Shown: piece by piece, positions 48,236 through 57,989 of the stretch
Numbering within the stretch: the stretch's first letter is position 1
How the letters are laid out: each line of letters begins with the position of its first letter
Origin: Spirochaetia bacterium
GTDB taxonomy: Bacteria > Spirochaetota > Spirochaetia > WTKD01 > G963693115
Direction of reading: 5' to 3'
DNA: 64,000 bases
Assembly: GCA_965226055.1 (NCBI GenBank)
Contig: CBDDCA010000004.1
Span: 128,001 to 192,000, forward strand
Made by a program: the position numbers and the translations under genes
The notes under the pieces: generated by a model
The model's input: only the letters and a program-made list of their open reading frames with translations
The model's database searches: none
Told to the model about the DNA's origin: nothing

Positions 48236-49510
48236 ATGAATGAAAGAGTATATTGTAATGAATTATATAAGTATGTAGGTACACAGGTATGTATTGAAGG
48301 ATGGGTACATAAGGTACGTGATTTAGGAGCAATAAGCTTTATTATTGTCCGCGATAGAACGGGCTTTGTACAGGTTGTGAGTGATACAGTTGCTTGTAAG
48401 GTGGAAAGCGTAGTTCGTATGACTGGGACTGTGCTAGAAAATGAGAAAGCCCCAGAAGGGGTAGAACTGCAGTTACAGGATATGAAACTGTTTTCAGAGC
48501 CTGCTGATGAGCTTCCTATTTCTGTGTCTTTGGAGTATGAAAAATATGGCCTTGAGGTATTGCTAAATCAACGGCATCTGTCTCTGCGAAACCCAAAGTT
48601 GCGTTCAATTTTTGAAGTGCAATCAGAGATTATCTATGCATTTTCGCAGTGTTTACGTGAAAAAGGATTTTATGAGATAAAGACAAGCAAAATTATCAAT
48701 AGTGGCACAGAAGGTGGTACGGGATTATTTGAAGTACAGTATTTTAATACCACTGTGTTTCTTTCTCAGTCCCCACAGTTCTATAAGCAAGCGGCAGTGG
48801 CTACAGGTTTAGAGAAAGTGTTTGAGGTAGGCGCTGCATATAGGGCAGAAAAACATGAAACAAACAGGCATCTCAATGAGTATGTTTCCCTTGATTTAGA
48901 AATTGGATTTATAGAAAGTCTTGATGTATTGTTTTCAATAGAGAGAGACATTATGAGTTTCATAGCAGAACGCCTTTTAAGTGCCTGTGCTACTCAAATA
49001 CAATTATGGGATGTTACTATTCCGAGTCCTGAGAGTTTTCAAAAAGCTCCTGCCTTGTCCTATGATGAAGTAAAAGAGATAGCGTCACAGCAGGTAGGGA
49101 AAAAGCTTATGGAAATTGATGGGATAGCAGAAAAAGCTATTTCGGATTGGGCAAAGAAAGAGCATGGTATTGCTGCAGTATTTATTTATGGGTATCCTAG
49201 GAGAAAGCGTCCATTTTATACTATGCCCGATGATGCAAAAACAAAGAGTTTTGATTTTATCTTTAATGGAGTGGAACTCACTTCAGGAGGATTACGTATT
49301 CATGATTATGCTATGTTATTAGAAAATGTAAAGCGTTTTGGAATGGATGCAAATACATTGCAAGATTATCTTTCTATTTTTAAGTATGGATGTCCTCCTC
49401 ATGGGGGCTTGGCTATTGGCTTAGAACGATTGACACAGAAATTTCTTAATATAGATACAGTAAAACTTGCATCAATGTTTCCTCGCGATAGAAACAGAGT
49501 AAGCCCATAG
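48236..49510 (+). CDS. aspS: Archaeal-type non-discriminating aspartate--tRNA(Asp/Asn) ligase
   Basis: 424 aa without the bacterial insertion domain; GWVHKVRD, KAP, LSQSPQFYKQ, YRAE, SGGLRIH, PPHGGLAIGLERL, FPRD. Confidence 0.92.
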   Translation: MNERVYCNELYKYVGTQVCIEGWVHKVRDLGAISFIIVRDRTGFVQVVSDTVACKVESVVRMTGTVLENEKAPEGVELQLQDMKLFSEPADELPISVSLEYEKYGLEVLLNQRHLSLRNPKLRSIFEVQSEIIYAFSQCLREKGFYEIKTSKIINSGTEGGTGLFEVQYFNTTVFLSQSPQFYKQAAVATGLEKVFEVGAAYRAEKHETNRHLNEYVSLDLEIGFIESLDVLFSIERDIMSFIAERLLSACATQIQLWDVTIPSPESFQKAPALSYDEVKEIASQQVGKKLMEIDGIAEKAISDWAKKEHGIAAVFIYGYPRRKRPFYTMPDDAKTKSFDFIFNGVELTSGGLRIHDYAMLLENVKRFGMDANTLQDYLSIFKYGCPPHGGLAIGLERLTQKFLNIDTVKLASMFPRDRNRVSP

Positions 49511-49534
49511 TGTAAAGGCTGGATTATATAGCAT

Positions 49535-50686
49535 ATGCAATCGCAGAAAAATATTGAACTTATGTTAGGGCATAGCCCCTCCTCTATTTGTTTTGTTCCA
49601 TCGTTGCAAGAGCTATTTTCTATGCTTGTGTCTACTGATATGGTGGTGCTTGATAGGGCAATACAGGATAATTTTCCTTTTCAATCGTTATTGGATGCTT
49701 CTCCTCATCTTGTGATGAATGGAGGTGAGCTAGTAAAAACACAGTCATCGGTACGAGAGATAACGGACGCTTTTTTTCAGCATACTCTGTTACGTACAAG
49801 TACTGTTACTGCAGTAGGAGGAGGAGCAATTTGTGATAGTGTTGCTTTTGCAGCTTCTCTGTACATGAGGGGGGTGGATTGTGTGCTAGTACCAACGACA
49901 TTGCTTGCTATGGTAGACGCATCGATTGGAGGAAAGACTGCAATAAATGCCTATCATCGTAAAAATATTATTGGGAGTTTTTATCCTCCTAAAAAAGTTA
50001 TCATCTGTCCTGAATTTTTGTCTGCTTTGCCACAGCGTCATTATATAAGTGGTATTGCAGAAATTATAAAAGCAGGGATGTTGTATGATCCTGTTATTCT
50101 GAGTATGTTTGAAACACTAGTATCTCAAAGTGGCATTTTTAATGATAACAGAGAACATACAGACAACACAGACAAGGAACATACACATACCAAAGATATC
50201 TGTTCTTTGTTACGACAAGAATCTCATAGTGCGGTGTTACTTGAGCTTATTGAACGATCTGTTTTAGTCAAAAAAATGGTAGTAGAAACTGACTTTAAGG
50301 AACAGAATATTCGTTCTTTTCTTAATTTAGGCCATACCTTTGCTCATTCTATTGAAAGTAATGCACAAAAGAAAGGCTTGGATATGTTACACGGGGAGGC
50401 AGTAGGATTAGGGATACGAAGCGCTTTGAAATTAGGGGAACGCTTAGCCATGACAGAGAGTGCCTATGCAGGCAGGATATACGCCCTGCTTGATGCTATA
50501 GGGTTTCTGAAAGAGTATACTGTATTTGATATGGACGATATTCTCTCTGCCATGAAACACGATAAGAAAGTAGATGCAAAAGGATTGCGTTTTATACTAC
50601 AAAAACAGCAAGGTGAGACCGAAATAGTATATGTAGAGGAAACTATAGTGAAAGAAGTACTTCTTTCTATGAATATCTCTTCTTAA
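49535..50686 (+). CDS. aroB: 3-dehydroquinate synthase
   Basis: GGGAICD, YMRG, PTTLLAMVDASIGGKT, KNIIGSF, LNLGHTFAH, HGEAV, DKK. Confidence 0.96.
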   Translation: MQSQKNIELMLGHSPSSICFVPSLQELFSMLVSTDMVVLDRAIQDNFPFQSLLDASPHLVMNGGELVKTQSSVREITDAFFQHTLLRTSTVTAVGGGAICDSVAFAASLYMRGVDCVLVPTTLLAMVDASIGGKTAINAYHRKNIIGSFYPPKKVIICPEFLSALPQRHYISGIAEIIKAGMLYDPVILSMFETLVSQSGIFNDNREHTDNTDKEHTHTKDICSLLRQESHSAVLLELIERSVLVKKMVVETDFKEQNIRSFLNLGHTFAHSIESNAQKKGLDMLHGEAVGLGIRSALKLGERLAMTESAYAGRIYALLDAIGFLKEYTVFDMDDILSAMKHDKKVDAKGLRFILQKQQGETEIVYVEETIVKEVLLSMNISS

Positions 50687-50760
50687 AAATAGAGCGATAT
50701 ATGAGTATTTATTGTAAACACACACAAATAGCATAGAAATAATAGTATAAAAATAACAGT

Positions 50761-51915
50761 ATGAAAGTATCAAACATAGCATTTATATCCCTGTATCTTG
50801 TATGCACAGTGTTTTATAGCGTTGTAGGACAACAAGCATCGCAAAATCAAGATACAGCAGTAATTTCAGAACAAGGAAGAGAAGGTGCATCATCGCATGA
50901 TGAAGCAGTATCAGTGGATGCTACGGGTACTGCTGTTGCGTATAGCCAGTTTCTTTTTAGTAGCAGTGGAGTTATAAACTCTCTTTCACAAACGGTAAAT
51001 ACGGTACTCTTAAAAGGAAATACTGTTTCATGGGATGTAGTTGCTAAAAAACGCTATGCGGCAGTAGTACAATCTTCAACATTGGATACTGCCATTCGTT
51101 TGAATGTAGATGGCATAACAGTATACCGCGATCTATATCTTGGGGAACAAGCTGGGATTGTGTTTAGTCCCGTGCAAGACTCTACTGTACAATTAACAGC
51201 ATTTGCTAACACAACATTTTTTTCTTATGATGCAGAAACATTTGATGGATCGTATGTTATGAAAGTATATGAGGTACAAGCAGAGCCTGATGTGATAGAG
51301 CAGTTTCCTTACAATAGTAGCTCTCGTATAGATGAACAACATTCTCTTGCGTTACGCAAAGCAAGGGAGTATACTATTGCTTTACAACAGGATGTACGGG
51401 TATACATCCGTTTGTTTAGTGATGTGTTTGATCCTTTGCTTGAACTGTCTGATACATATGGAAGGAGCATTACATCAGATGACTGGCAAGGAGATGAATC
51501 AATCATTACACTGCTCTCTCCTAAAACAGATGATTATTTTATCACTGTAAGTTCTTTTGATGGAAACCAAAGTGGTGCATATACATTGTTTGCTACTACC
51601 AGTAATAATGAGATTTTCCTTGAAGAGAGTAGTACTATTTCACAGTCGGATACGCAATTACTATCGCAATATTACAAGGAATATAGCATTACTATGGGCG
51701 AAAAAGATTTTCGAGCTCTTGATATACATGCTCTTGATGGGGATATTACCATTGCTTTTACCACTAAAGAAAAGCAGACTATTGTACAGTATGATGTCGC
51801 AAAGAAACAGCGTTTATCTCTGCCGTTATTTGTCAGTAAAAGGGGAGAATATTTAATTGTACTGTTATCTTCTACTCCTGCCATTGTAAACTATACTCTG
51901 ACAATATATAAGTGA
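50761..51915 (+). CDS. Secreted protein with PPC-like beta-sandwich repeats
   Basis: Signal peptide; FDPLLEL...SDD...DYFITVSSF...GAYTL pattern of pre-peptidase C-terminal domains. Confidence 0.6.
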   Translation: MKVSNIAFISLYLVCTVFYSVVGQQASQNQDTAVISEQGREGASSHDEAVSVDATGTAVAYSQFLFSSSGVINSLSQTVNTVLLKGNTVSWDVVAKKRYAAVVQSSTLDTAIRLNVDGITVYRDLYLGEQAGIVFSPVQDSTVQLTAFANTTFFSYDAETFDGSYVMKVYEVQAEPDVIEQFPYNSSSRIDEQHSLALRKAREYTIALQQDVRVYIRLFSDVFDPLLELSDTYGRSITSDDWQGDESIITLLSPKTDDYFITVSSFDGNQSGAYTLFATTSNNEIFLEESSTISQSDTQLLSQYYKEYSITMGEKDFRALDIHALDGDITIAFTTKEKQTIVQYDVAKKQRLSLPLFVSKRGEYLIVLLSSTPAIVNYTLTIYK

Positions 51916-51995
51916 TAAATAATGATATAATAAATAGCATCGAGAGAATATATGTATCGCTATTGTAGTTGTATAGGATTGTATGTATATAAGGC

Positions 51996-53492
51996 TTATT
52001 TATAGTTTCGTGGGTTTATAGCATATTTATTGATACGCAATCCTAGTTGACGTTCTGTTAATTGTAAAAGTAGAGCTGCTTGCTTTATGTTTCCTCTTGA
52101 GCTTTTTAAGGCATCAATAATTAAGTCGGTTTCTACTTGGGAAATTTTTATATGAAAACTTTCTGTAGTATTGGTATTGGAGCTTTCTGCACTTTGTAAG
52201 CTAGGAGGAAGGAGGTGAGCATGAATGACCCCGCTTTCACACGATCTATAGGCATAGTTGATGACTTGTTGTAGTTCACTTACATTTCCAGGCCAATGGT
52301 ACGAAGTCAATAAATTGATAGCAGGAGTAGAGATACGTTTGATATTTTTTTTGAATCGTTTGTTTTCATTGTTTAAGAAATGGTTCATAAAAATTACAAT
52401 ATCATTTTTTCGTTTTCTCAGTGGAGGCACAGTAACCTTGTTTTTGATAAGCAAAGCATATAATTGTTCATCAATCAAAGCATTGTCTTTAAGGACAGAA
52501 ATAATATCAGAGCTAGTAAAAATACATCGAGTTTTTAGTGGTTCTATTGAATTATGAATAGCATATTCTTTATTGAATAGAATTTGTATAATATGTTTTT
52601 GTAATACTAAGGGAAGTAATGTAAATTCTTCTATGATGAGAGTTGAATTTTGTGCTTGATGTAACGCTGTATTAAATTCCTGCTCTAGTTCTTTAGGAGA
52701 TTTGTTATCGGATTTATAACAGTAATAGCTGATAGGAGCAAGTGTTTTTCGATTACTTGCGTAATGGATAGCATGTGCAAAAAAAGTCTTGCCACTCCCT
52801 TCTTCTCCGTATATCAGAATATGAGTATCAAGTTTACTTATTTTGTATATTTCCATCTTAAAGTCTTTTATTATGCCTGAATTGCCTAGTAAATTTTCTA
52901 TTCTTAATTGAGAGTTTTCATGGGTAAGAAAAGGAGTTTCATCTATTGATTGTAATTTTGTAAGGCGTCTTACTACTGCTGGAGCAATAAGGAAAGAGAG
53001 TATTTTTAGCTTATTAGCAATGCCAAGCAATTTTGTCATACTTTGTTTTGGAGGAGTAATGCTGATAGTGCCAAGAATTTTTTGTTGATACAATATAGGG
53101 ATACAAATAAATGCAAGCTGAGATAGCCGATTTCCACGTTGCTTTGTTTTTTCTAAAAAACGTTTTTCTTGAGATATATCAGGGATAATCATTACTTGTT
53201 TTGATTGCACTACCTGTCCAATAATACCTTCTCCTGTTTTGTATTGTCCTTTCATTTTTTCTTCTGCTGAGAGACCATAGGAAGAATCGATATAAATTTC
53301 TTCTTTTTTTTGATCGTATATGGTGATAGCACCATCTTCAATCTCAAAGTAATCTGCGACAATCATAAAAATAGGATTGAGTGTATCTTCAAGGTTAATG
53401 TTGCTTTCCAATAAGTAACATATATCCATAAAGAGATTTAATTCTGTATTGTTGTCATCTGTTAAGGTTTCTTGAAAATTGTGTATTGTCAT
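51996..53492 (-). CDS. NifA-like GAF-AAA-HTH regulator lacking GAFTGA
   Basis: GAF (GEGIIG...FICIPI), Walker A GEEGSGKT, PPLRKR..DI, WPGNVSEL, C-terminal HTH. Confidence 0.85.
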   Translation of the reverse strand: MTIHNFQETLTDDNNTELNLFMDICYLLESNINLEDTLNPIFMIVADYFEIEDGAITIYDQKKEEIYIDSSYGLSAEEKMKGQYKTGEGIIGQVVQSKQVMIIPDISQEKRFLEKTKQRGNRLSQLAFICIPILYQQKILGTISITPPKQSMTKLLGIANKLKILSFLIAPAVVRRLTKLQSIDETPFLTHENSQLRIENLLGNSGIIKDFKMEIYKISKLDTHILIYGEEGSGKTFFAHAIHYASNRKTLAPISYYCYKSDNKSPKELEQEFNTALHQAQNSTLIIEEFTLLPLVLQKHIIQILFNKEYAIHNSIEPLKTRCIFTSSDIISVLKDNALIDEQLYALLIKNKVTVPPLRKRKNDIVIFMNHFLNNENKRFKKNIKRISTPAINLLTSYHWPGNVSELQQVINYAYRSCESGVIHAHLLPPSLQSAESSNTNTTESFHIKISQVETDLIIDALKSSRGNIKQAALLLQLTERQLGLRINKYAINPRNYK

Positions 53493-55264
53493 GGTTCATA
53501 TGCATATAGTTCTTTGCCCGATATAATAATTTCTTTACCATCAGGAATATCAGTAAATACTAATTTATTAGTTTGTACTAATATAGCAGTATTAGGAGCA
53601 TACTTTTGTAATGTCTCTATGGGAATTTCTACTGGCATTTCTATCACTATTCCTGCAATTTCTGATAGTACCGTAATTATTTGAAAATTCAACTTTTTAA
53701 TGAAGTAGATATATTTTTCATTTTTATTGCTATTTTCATCTTTGTGCTGAATGAGCTGCTGAGGGGTTTGTACATGTACTATTTTTCCATGTATGGCTGG
53801 TCCTATACCAAATCTAGCACGAAGTATTATTTTTCCTTCAAAATGTATTTGTACTGTATTAAGCTGAAATGGTTTATTCATAGGAAAGCCACCAATAATA
53901 ACGATTTTTTCATTTTTCTTGATGAGCTTTTGTGTGCGTATTTGATCGATAACATCTTCTGGGGTATTGTTTGCGGCATGTTCACTAATTAAAATTGGCT
54001 TTACTCCCCATAACAGATTGAGCTTTTTATAAATACGATGACTTGTAGTGGGAGCAATAATGGGCTGTTTCGGTCGTGTACATGCCATAATTCTAGGGGT
54101 ATTTCCTGAAGACGTTGGGCATGCAAACATAGTAGCGTTTGATTTATCTGCCACCACCTGTGCAGCAGATACAAAGGTTTCGCTTGCAGAATCTCCAGTG
54201 CTTGCTTGTGTTTCTGTAAATTTTTGGCGAATGTGAGTACTGAATAAACTGGATTTTTCTACTGCTAAGGCTACATTGTTCATTACTGTAATGGCTTCTA
54301 CAGGATACTTTCCTTTTGCTGTTTCTCCCGAAAGCATAATGGCATCAGTTCCATCAAAAATAGCATTTGCTACATCAGTAAGCTCTGCTCGTGTAGGAGC
54401 ATTGGAGTTTTCCATAGACTGTAGCATCTGCGTAGCAGTGATAACAATTTTTCTGAGTGCGTTGCATTGCGATATAATATCTTTTTGTATCAGAGGAATG
54501 GTCTCTGCAGGCACTTGTTCTGCAAGATCCCCTCGTGCTATCATAATACCGTCAGCTACTTGGATAATGCTTTTTAAGTTATCAAGGCCTTCTTGGTTTT
54601 CTATTTTTGCAATGATGTGTATATCACTGCCATATTCTAGCAGTATTTCTCGTATTTCTTGAATATCTTCGGAGCTTCTAATAAAAGATGCTGCAATATA
54701 ATCAAAGTCATGCTGTACCGCAAACTTTATGTCTTCAATATCTTTTGCTGAAATGCTTGGTAGTTGAAGATGCGCTTCGGGAATATTGACATTTTTTTTG
54801 CTACTGAGCAAGCCTCCATCAATAATGTCTGCTATAATAATTTCTTCTTGTATATCTTTTATTCTAAGATGTATAGAGCCATCTGCAATTTTTATATTCA
54901 TCCCTTGTTTTACTTCATTGTGTATACGAGCATACGAAAGAGCAATACATTTTGCGGTGCTTATAGTTTGTTTTCCTGACAGCATTATTGTCTTTCCTGT
55001 TTTGAGCTCTATAGGTTCGCCTTCTACAATACCAGTACGTACTTCGGGACCTTTTGTGTCAAGTAGATATACTGAATCGATACCAGTTTTCTTTTCGGCT
55101 TCTTGCAGTAATGTAAGTCGTTCCAAGTGTTCTTTGTGATCACCGTGACTGAAATTGAAACGTGCACAATTCATTCCTGCTTTTAGCATGTTCATGATAG
55201 TATTGGTATTATGACATCCAGGACCTAATGTTGCAATAATTTTTGTTCTTTTATAAGATTCCAT
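53489..55264 (-). CDS. pyk: Pyruvate kinase with degenerate C-terminal extra domain
   Basis: KRTKIIATLGP, RFNFSHG, DTKGPEVR, AKIE, MIARGDL, ATQML.SM, TRAE, DAIMLSGETA; start trimmed to MESYK. Confidence 0.97.
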   Translation of the reverse strand: MESYKRTKIIATLGPGCHNTNTIMNMLKAGMNCARFNFSHGDHKEHLERLTLLQEAEKKTGIDSVYLLDTKGPEVRTGIVEGEPIELKTGKTIMLSGKQTISTAKCIALSYARIHNEVKQGMNIKIADGSIHLRIKDIQEEIIIADIIDGGLLSSKKNVNIPEAHLQLPSISAKDIEDIKFAVQHDFDYIAASFIRSSEDIQEIREILLEYGSDIHIIAKIENQEGLDNLKSIIQVADGIMIARGDLAEQVPAETIPLIQKDIISQCNALRKIVITATQMLQSMENSNAPTRAELTDVANAIFDGTDAIMLSGETAKGKYPVEAITVMNNVALAVEKSSLFSTHIRQKFTETQASTGDSASETFVSAAQVVADKSNATMFACPTSSGNTPRIMACTRPKQPIIAPTTSHRIYKKLNLLWGVKPILISEHAANNTPEDVIDQIRTQKLIKKNEKIVIIGGFPMNKPFQLNTVQIHFEGKIILRARFGIGPAIHGKIVHVQTPQQLIQHKDENSNKNEKYIYFIKKLNFQIITVLSEIAGIVIEMPVEIPIETLQKYAPNTAILVQTNKLVFTDIPDGKEIIISGKELYAYEP

Positions 55265-55386
55265 ATGTTTATTATAGAGCATTTTTGAATTATAGAAAAA
55301 TAAAGGACTGGTATAGCAGAACCTGTGATTAATTTGAAATTTTATTTTCATAATTCCAAAAATAAAATAAATGGTATAATAAGGCT

Positions 55387-55662
55387 ATGTCATATCAAGA
55401 AGAATTGAAAAATGTAATAGAAGAATATCACAGTGCAAAGGAAGTATTTGAACGATTGCACAACAAAAAAGATGAAGGCATATACAATCAAGACGAATAC
55501 GAAAAAGCAAGAGCAAAGGCATATGACATAGCACAAAAAGCATATGACATAGGAAAAAAAGCATATGATGAAGGATATTATATGCATAAACAAGAATTTC
55601 AAAAAGTATTATCAGCATTAAAATCAGAACTAGATTATTATAATAATAGAAATAAGAAATAA
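55387..55662 (+). CDS. Hypothetical helical protein with three KAYD heptad repeats
   Basis: Extended -10 (TGgTATAAT) 6 nt before ATG; 21-nt repeats at 55516-55578. Confidence 0.6.
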   Translation: MSYQEELKNVIEEYHSAKEVFERLHNKKDEGIYNQDEYEKARAKAYDIAQKAYDIGKKAYDEGYYMHKQEFQKVLSALKSELDYYNNRNKK

Positions 55663-55708
55663 GGTTTATAATAATGCTAAAATATAAGCAATTATTTTAG
55701 GAGGTTTA

Positions 55709-56797
55709 ATGAGTGAAATTAAAACACAAATTATTAGAGTAAATAGTAAAAAATTATCTTTGGATGCAAAAAATCCACGTTTCCCTATTTCTTTTGAAAA
55801 TAAATCTCAAGATGAGATATGGGAATGTATGAGTAGAGCTTTTAGGCTTGAAGAATTAGCTCTTTCAATGGTTGAGAATGGATATTTTGAAATTGAGCCT
55901 ATGGCAGTCATTCCAAAAAAAGCAATTTCCAATCAGAAAGAATATGATACATATAAAGTATCTGATAATGAGTTTATTGTTGTTGATGGTAATAGAAGAT
56001 TATCTGCTATAAGAGGGCTTATTAATAATAAATTTCCTGATATAAAGATAACAAAGGATTTACAAAAACAATTTGAAGATGGTATTCCTGTACTATTTTA
56101 TGTTAAGAGAGATGATATTTTGTCATTCTTAGGAGTGCATCATCTTGCTGGAGTAAGAAGTTGGGATATATATGATCGTGCAAGGTATATAGTGCATTTA
56201 AAAAGAGAAAAAGGTAGATCGTTGTCACAAATTCAAGATATGATAGGAAATGATATGAATTTACCAACAAAATTGTATGTATCTTATCGACTGATTGAAA
56301 TATTGAAAGAACATGATGATAATTTTGATGATAAGAGTGCCAAAGACAATTTCTCTTTTTTGACATTAGCACTAAGTAAGCCAGAAATAAGAGCATATAT
56401 CGGTTTACAAGCATGGCAAAAATTATCTGATAGTGAAGTCGAAAATCCCATTGCCTCTGAAAATCGAGAAAGATTAAGTAATGTATTCAGATGCATATTT
56501 GACTATAATAGCGATACAAAACGTATAATAAGGGAATCTCGTGATATTGATACATTATCTATAATTTTTTCTTCTGAGGAAGGGATAAATCATCTACTAA
56601 CTCATAAAGATATTGATGAGGCATATGAAATAAGTATAGATGAAACTCCACCTCATGTATTGATTAATAAATATTGGCTAGGAAAGGAAGCTACAGATAA
56701 TGTTTCATCCATAAAAATGATGGATTTTCTTATTTATAAAATATGTTCTGGATTAGAGGCAAGGCAGGGTGAGCAATACAGAGAAAACTATATGTAA
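55709..56797 (+). CDS. ParB/Sulfiredoxin N-terminal domain protein
   Basis: LSLDAKNPRF, LALSMVENGY..EP, VVDGNRRLSA, H..G...W; GGAGG RBS. Confidence 0.82.
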   Translation: MSEIKTQIIRVNSKKLSLDAKNPRFPISFENKSQDEIWECMSRAFRLEELALSMVENGYFEIEPMAVIPKKAISNQKEYDTYKVSDNEFIVVDGNRRLSAIRGLINNKFPDIKITKDLQKQFEDGIPVLFYVKRDDILSFLGVHHLAGVRSWDIYDRARYIVHLKREKGRSLSQIQDMIGNDMNLPTKLYVSYRLIEILKEHDDNFDDKSAKDNFSFLTLALSKPEIRAYIGLQAWQKLSDSEVENPIASENRERLSNVFRCIFDYNSDTKRIIRESRDIDTLSIIFSSEEGINHLLTHKDIDEAYEISIDETPPHVLINKYWLGKEATDNVSSIKMMDFLIYKICSGLEARQGEQYRENYM

Positions 56798-56800
56798 TGG

Positions 56801-57688
56801 ATGAACATGAAAAACAATGCAAAAGCAAAACTGAAAGAGAAAGAACAATATGCAAAAGCAAAACTAGAAAAAGAATTATTACAGAAAAAGAGAATATCTA
56901 AGGAAGATATAAAGGAAGATATAGTAGCTCTTTTGGGAGAAGAAGATGATAGTATTGATAGTAAGGCTGATGATAAGATTAATAAATATAAGAAATTATT
57001 TGATATTTACGGAGAAACTGTTTTTACATGGGATGATGAAGCAAAGGTTATATCTCTCCATAAAGATTTTAAAGCAATAGAAGAATATCTATATTGCTTA
57101 GCATGTCATTTATTAACAGAAAAAGAGAAGTCAACTATAAAGGATAAATTCTGTTTCGAAAAAATTGTTGGAGAGGCATTAAAAGTATTATTCGGAAAAG
57201 ATTCGCATTATGAGATTACTGACGCTCATTATAGAAACTTAATTAAAAATACTGATTCTGATAATAAAAACTTAATTAAAGATATAGCAGAAAAAATGAA
57301 TGAAGAATTTGTACAAAAAATCGAAACAGGAAAAGATGCTGCTTGTGATATTGTATTTTGGAAGTGTATTGAAAAATCTTTAGGGAGTAATATAGTAGTA
57401 TTGGCTCAATGTAAGACAGGAAATAATTGGAAAGACGGTAAAAGTGTATATGTTGATTTTTGGAGAACTTTGATAATTTTTTCTATACCTCCAATAAAAG
57501 CATTTGCTATTACTGATTTAGTAGTAGATAGAAAAGATATAAGAAGATGTACAAAACAAAGAGGTTTATTTTTAGATAGGGCAAGTATTATAAAGATTCT
57601 CTCAAATCAGGATAATGAGGGATTACAGAAGATTCGGGCAGATATATCTCAATTAGAGTTGGGACAAAGATTGGAAGAAGAAATGTAA
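56801..57688 (+). CDS. Putative restriction-endonuclease-fold (PD-(D/E)xK) protein
   Basis: FEKIV, KDAACDIV, LAQCKTG..WK motifs; GLFLDR tail. Confidence 0.7.
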   Translation: MNMKNNAKAKLKEKEQYAKAKLEKELLQKKRISKEDIKEDIVALLGEEDDSIDSKADDKINKYKKLFDIYGETVFTWDDEAKVISLHKDFKAIEEYLYCLACHLLTEKEKSTIKDKFCFEKIVGEALKVLFGKDSHYEITDAHYRNLIKNTDSDNKNLIKDIAEKMNEEFVQKIETGKDAACDIVFWKCIEKSLGSNIVVLAQCKTGNNWKDGKSVYVDFWRTLIIFSIPPIKAFAITDLVVDRKDIRRCTKQRGLFLDRASIIKILSNQDNEGLQKIRADISQLELGQRLEEEM

Positions 57689-57691
57689 ATA

Positions 57692-57970
57692 CTATGACTC
57701 AATAGCTTCGTCTAAGCGAGAAATGAGTTTAGATGCAGAATAGGCAGTATCATTGCTCAGTTCTACATTGAATTTTTTCTCATCAAGCAATTCATGGGAG
57801 AGGAGCAGAGATACCATAATAGATAATTTAAGAGGATCAGAACAATCAATTTCACTTTGTATGCTCTGCATTCTTGCTTCAATTATTTCACATAATTGCT
57901 GTATGTAAGCACTGCTTTCATCGCTATGTAAGATAAAGGAAGTTCCAAATAAATTAATTCTTGTTTTCAT
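57692..57970 (-). CDS. zapA: Cell division protein ZapA
   Basis: INLFGTSF...Y...DPLKLSIMVSL.L..EL; spirochaete rplT-zapB-zapA order. Confidence 0.8.
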   Translation of the reverse strand: MKTRINLFGTSFILHSDESSAYIQQLCEIIEARMQSIQSEIDCSDPLKLSIMVSLLLSHELLDEKKFNVELSNDTAYSASKLISRLDEAIES

Positions 57971-57989
57971 TCTTATTCCAGTGAAATTG

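Noticed and set aside
51996-53492. NifA as evidence of nitrogen fixation
   Set aside because: No nif genes in the window and the GAFTGA loop is absent
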